Origin: the human T2T-CHM13v2.0 reference genome, Homo sapiens | DNA: 64,000 nt | NCBI RefSeq assembly: GCF_009914755.1 | Contig: NC_060940.1 | Strand: one strand, 5' to 3' | In this document: piece after piece, positions 58,650 to 64,000 of the stretch | How the letters are laid out: each line of letters begins with the position of its first letter | Numbering within the stretch: the stretch's first letter is position 1 | The notes under the pieces: model-generated | Seen by the model: only the letters and a program-made list of their open reading frames with translations | Told to the model about the DNA's origin: nothing | Databases searched by the model: none | Made by a program: the position numbers and the translations under genes

Positions 58650-60247
58650 TATCTTTTATTGTGATAAAACATATATATAACATAAAAGTTACCATTTTAA
58701 CCACTTTTAAGTATGTGTCATTTTCATTGGCACTAGGCACATTTATAATTTGTGCACCTATCACCACTACTTATCCAGAACTTTTGATCATTCCAAACAG
58801 AAGCTCTGTAGTTATAAAACAAAAATTCCCCATTCTTTCCCCAGACCCTACCCCCCTGGTAACCCCCATACAACTTTATGTCTCTATGAATTTGGCAATT
58901 CTAGACACCTCATATAAATGAAATCATACAGTATTTGTCTTTTAAAGGCTGGCTTATTTCAGTTAGCATAATGTTCTCAAAGTTCATTGGTGTTGTAGCA
59001 TGTGGCAGAATTTCATTCCTTTTTAGGGCTGAATAATATTCCATTATATGTATATACCATATTTTATGTATTTGTTCATTTAATAATAGACACTTGTGCT
59101 GTTTTCACCTTTTGGCTACTGTGAATGCTGCTGCTATGAACAATGGTGCGCAAATATATGTTTGAGTCCCTGCTTTCAATTCTCTTGGGTATATACCCAG
59201 AAATGGAATTGTTGAATCATGTGGTAATTCTATGTTTAATTTTTTGAGGAACTGCCATACTGCGTTCTATAGTGGCTGCACCTTTTACATCCTCACTAGC
59301 AATGCACAAGGGTTCCAATTTCTCCACATCTTTGCCAACACTTGTTATTTTCAGGTTTCAATTTTTTAAAATAACAGCCATCCTAATGGATGTGAAGTGG
59401 TATCTCATTGTGGGTTTGATTTGCATTTTGCCTAATAGCTAATGATGTTGAACATCTTTTCATGTGCTTCTTGGGCATTTCTATATATTTGGAGAACTAT
59501 CTATTCAAGTATTTTGCCTGTTTTTGAATTGGGCTACTTTTGTTGTTGTTGTTGAGTTGCAGGAGGTCTTTACACATTCCAGATATTAATCCCTTACCAG
59601 ATATATGTTTTACTAATATTATCTCCCATCCCATGGGTTCTCTTTTCACTCTCTTGATAATGTCCTTTGATGCACAAAAGTTTTTACTTTTAATGAATTC
59701 CAATTTATCATTTTTTTTTCTTTTGTTGCCTGCACTATTGGCATCATATCCAAGAAACTATTACCCAATCTAATGTCATAAAGATTTTCCCCTATGTTTT
59801 CTTCTAGGAGTTTTATAGTTTTAGCTCTTCCATTTAGGTCTTTGATTCATTATGAGGTTTTATATCCTTTTGGTATATGATCTGGTATAAGGGTCCACCT
59901 TCATTCTTTTACATGTAGATATCCAGTTTTCCCAGCACCATTTGTTGAAGGCATCATCATTTTTCCATTGAATAATCTAAGCAATCTTTTTAAAAGTTAA
60001 CTGACCATATATATGATGATTTATTTCTGGACTCTTCTATCCATTGGTCTGTATGTCAGTTCTCATTCTAGTACCAAACTGTTTTGATTACTGTAGCTTT
60101 GTAGTAAGTTTTGAAATCAGGAACTGAGCATCCTCCAAATTTTGTTCCTTTTTCTTTTTCAAAATTGTTTTCGTTATTCAGAGTCCTTTGAGAGTCCATA
60201 AGAGTTTAAAGATGGGTTTTTCTATGTCTTCAAAAAAGCACTATTAG
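58650..60247 (-). mobile_element. Old L1 (L1MB-like) 3' UTR and ORF2 end, abutting the SALL4 retrocopy
   Basis: Antisense L1 3' sequence; minus ORF 59497-59703 (FIKSKNFCASKDIIKRVKREP) is ORF2 C-terminal-like. Confidence 0.88.
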
Positions 60248-60425
60248 GGACAGGGCAAATAACTGTGGCTCTCTGGGAACACTGAGGCTCACACCACATC
60301 GAGGCACAAGCTGGTAAAACCCCAGCACATCAACTTGAACGAGGACCAGGGTGAGCAGCAGCCACAGCAGCTGACCCTAGCATTTGCAGATGCGGGCCCA
60401 GTGGTGCTGGTGGCCTGGGAGCTGG

Positions 60426-60516
60426 GGCTGCTGTAACAAACAACCACAAACTGGATGGCTTAAAACAACAGAAATTTATTCTCTCACCGTTCTGAGGCCA
60501 GACGTCCAAACTTTAG
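60426..60516 (-). mobile_element. 91-bp MLT1 (MaLR) LTR fragment at the SALL4 exon 1/2 junction of the retrocopy
   Basis: GGCTGCTGTAACAAACAACCACAAACTGGATGGCTTAAAACAACAGAAATTTATTCTCTCACCGTTCTGAGGCCAGACGTCCAAA is the antisense MLT1 LTR end. It aligns with the MLT1A copy at 5779-5874 in this window. Confidence 0.9.
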
Positions 60517-63500
60517 GTGCTCCAGTGAACCACCCAGGGAATCACGATGATAAAGCGGCTTCATTGGGAGGAAACACACAAATGTGAGAAATGTTGTGTG
60601 GAGTTCTTTAGCATTTGTGAGTTCTTAGAACATAAGAAAAATTGCACTAAAAATCCACCTGTTGTGTTGTCATCATGAATGACAGCGAGGGGTCAGTGTC
60701 TTCAGGAGACTTCTCCGGAGCTGTGCTGAGCCACCAGCCACTTAGTTCAAGCAGTAAGGATGGTCACAGGGAGAATGGTGGCAGCCTAGGGAGCATGAAG
60801 GAGGAGCTGGGTGTGGAGTGTGTGGTGCACTCAAAAACAGAGATGGCCTTGCCACCCACACCCCAGAAGATAAGCTATTTACTTAAAGGCAAAGTGGCCA
60901 ACACTATGTGAGCCTGCAGGCAATACAGGGCACCAAAGTGGCAATGAATCAGTGGAGCTTAGATGCATTGCCAGCCTCCGTGCCCCGTAACAACAGCATC
61001 CCATGGGTCCTTGAGTAGATCCTGTGTCTGCAGCAGCAACAGCTACGGTAGATTCAGCTCACCAAGCAGGTCCTCATCCAGGTGGACATGTGGGCCTTAC
61101 AGCCTTACACGCCTTCTACTCAGGTGGGGAAGGGGCCAACACCCTGAAGGCCTTGTGCAGCCACCTGCTCCAGCAGGCTTCTGCGGCTGTGGCTTTGCTC
61201 AGCCCAAAGGCTGGAAGCCAAGGTCTGTCTCTGGACACCTTGAAACAAGCCATACTACCTCACACCAACATCCTTTTCACCACCAGTTCTCCATCCCCAG
61301 GGCTGACGCCCTTTGCTGTGAAGCTGGATGGGACCAGGGTGAGCCAAATGTAATGTCCCACCTCTTGAGTGCTTTGCTTTCTCAGGCCCCGGGATTGGTG
61401 TGCTTCCAAAGTCCTTTCTCCACTGTAGCACTAGACCCATCCAAGAAAGGGAAGGGGAAGCCACTGAACATCTCCTCAGTGGATGTTAAACCCAAAGACG
61501 AGGTGATCCTCTACAAGGACAAGTGTAAGTACTGTAACAAGGTTGTTTGAGACTGATAGCTCCTTGCAGATCCACCTCCACTTCCACATGGGAAGAGAGA
61601 CCCTTTGTGTGCTTTGTCTGTGATAACTGCTTCACCACCAAGGGCAACCTCAAGGTGCACATTCACCAACATCCCCAGGTGAAGGCAAACCCTCACTCTT
61701 TGCTGAGCTCTAGGACAAAATGGTGGTAGGCAGTGACATCCCCTATGCACTCTTTGTACATCAATAGATGAACTGAGTCTCTCTTTAGACAGAAAACCTG
61801 TTCTTGTAATCCCCTCTGTTGGACTACCTCAAAAGCTGTTTGGGGCCTAACCCCAAGGACCTCACAGGTGGCCCATTGCCCAGTGACCTGTAGCCCACAC
61901 TTCCTGGCATGGGGCCAAACCATAATTCCCCAAGGGTTGGTGGCTTCCAAGAAAGTGGGACCCCTGAACCAGGGTCAGAGACCCTGAAATTGCAGCAGCT
62001 GGTGGAGTACATCGACATGACCACCACTGACCCCAACAAATGCCTCATTTGCCACCGAGTATTAAGCTGCTAAAGCACCCTTTAAATGCATTGCTGCATC
62101 CATACTCCAGAGACACCATTCCAATGTAAGATCTGTGGCTGAGCTTTTTCTACCAAAGGCAACCCTTAAGACACACTGGGGTTCACCAACCCAACACGTC
62201 CATAAAGGTGCAGCATCTGTGCCTTTTCTATCAGAAGAAGTTCACCGGTGCTGTGATGTTGTGGCAGCATATTCAGATGGACCTGGCCAGTCAGATTCCC
62301 AACCTTCCCCTGCCAGAGAATTCCTGTGACTTTATGGGTCCTGAGCCAATGACGGTGGATGAGAATGGCAGCACCAGTGCCATGTGCCATGATGATGTTT
62401 TTGAAAGCACCAGTGTAGATGAAGTCAGCTCCCAGAGGCCTCCAGTAGCTCCTCAAAGGTCCCTGTGCCTCTTCCCAGCATGTAGTAGGCATCATCCACA
62501 CTAGAGTTCACCAAGATGGGTTCCTTAGATGCCCTGGGAAAAGTGGGTCCTGCCCCTTTTGGCCTGCAGCACTAGAGCAGCAGAGAAAACAGTTCCATGA
62601 AGAGCAATAGCTTTGACCAACGACTGGTCCTCACTAATGGGAGACCAGGAGTATCAGAGCTGAAGTCCAGACATCATGGAAGCCACATCCTTCCAGGTAC
62701 TCTGCTCGGTCAATGGCCAAGCAGAAAGGATCAGTCAAAGTCTCCTGATGCTGGGGACAAAGCAGAAAGCTCTGAAAACAGCTCTACTAAGATAGAAGGT
62801 TGGAGCCATCTCCCTTCAACGTTTATCTGAGCTCAGTCAATCTATGTCACAGTTGAAGTCGCTGGCACATTTGTTGAACCCTCCACATTGTCCCTGGGGA
62901 TGACCCCTTTGTCAGTGGCCTAGCCATGCCAACAGGCCAAGCAACACAGCTGCACGTGGTGTGGGAAGAACTTCTTACCCATTAGCTTTCTTCAGATTCA
63001 TGAGCACACTCACACTGGAGAGAAGCCTTTTGCATGCAACATTTGTGGGTAAGCTTTTACCACCAAAGGCAACTGGAAGGTCCACTATGTGACTCAGCAC
63101 GCCATGGTAGGAAGCTGGCTATCGAAAACACCATGGCTCTCTTAGGTGCAGATGGAAAGAGTCTCAAATATTTCCCAGGGAAATTCTGGCCACTTTAGTG
63201 AACATGGGCCCTGTTTTGTGGAACCAGGACACCAGCATGCTCAATGGTGGTCTGGCCAAGAAGACCAATGAGATCTCTGTGATCCAGAGTGGCGGTGTTC
63301 CTACCCTCCTGGTTTCCTTGGGAGTCAGCTTCAATATAAATAACGCCACTGTCTCCAACGCGGATGGCTTCCAATTAGGTATCAGTGCAGATATGGAAAA
63401 AGCAGGTGCTACTGGGAGCATTCCCAAATACCAGTTTTCTCACTTCCTGGAAGAAGATGAGCTTGTGGTCAGCCAAACTCAAGGAGAACTTGCATGGAAG

Positions 63501-63561
63501 GAGAAATGCAAACAGAGTGAAATCTCTAGAATCTGCTCTTTTTAATAAGAACTCATATCCT

Positions 63562-63942
<381 letters not shown>

Positions 63943-64000
63943 TCAGGCAAGTCCTACAATCATGATTGTTGCTATGCTGCTTTGCAAAAAATGAGAAAAA

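Noticed and set aside
60963-63545. SALL4-like ORFs as a functional gene
   Set aside because: The start codon is lost, there are no introns, and the homology is scattered across frames by stops and frameshifts.

Overview
Primate (human-like) genomic DNA, apparently intergenic or intronic. It is packed with interspersed repeats: about 20 Alus of the J, S and Y families, many MIR and L2 relics, L1PA/PB/MA/MB/MC fragments, MaLR/ERVL/ERV1 solo LTRs and hAT DNA transposons. No intact protein-coding gene is supported, and nearly all listed ORFs are repeat-derived or low-complexity. The one gene-derived feature is a near-full-length, intronless processed pseudogene of SALL4 (SALL4A-type, ~60248 to the window end). 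It directly abuts an old antisense L1 and carries an AluSc in its 3' UTR. Most notable: exactly at the SALL4 exon 1/exon 2 junction the retrocopy has a 91-bp MLT1 (MaLR LTR)-derived segment with an immediate in-frame stop. This looks like the fossil of a spliced SALL4 isoform with an LTR-derived poison exon. Two template-switch scars are also visible: a ~200-bp fold-back palindrome in an L1 (24094-24294), and an inverted templated insertion flanked by a 37-bp duplication (40934-41122, source ~37790-37900). Repeat subfamily names and SALL4 exon boundaries come from recalled sequences, not from a database search; many repeat boundaries are approximate.
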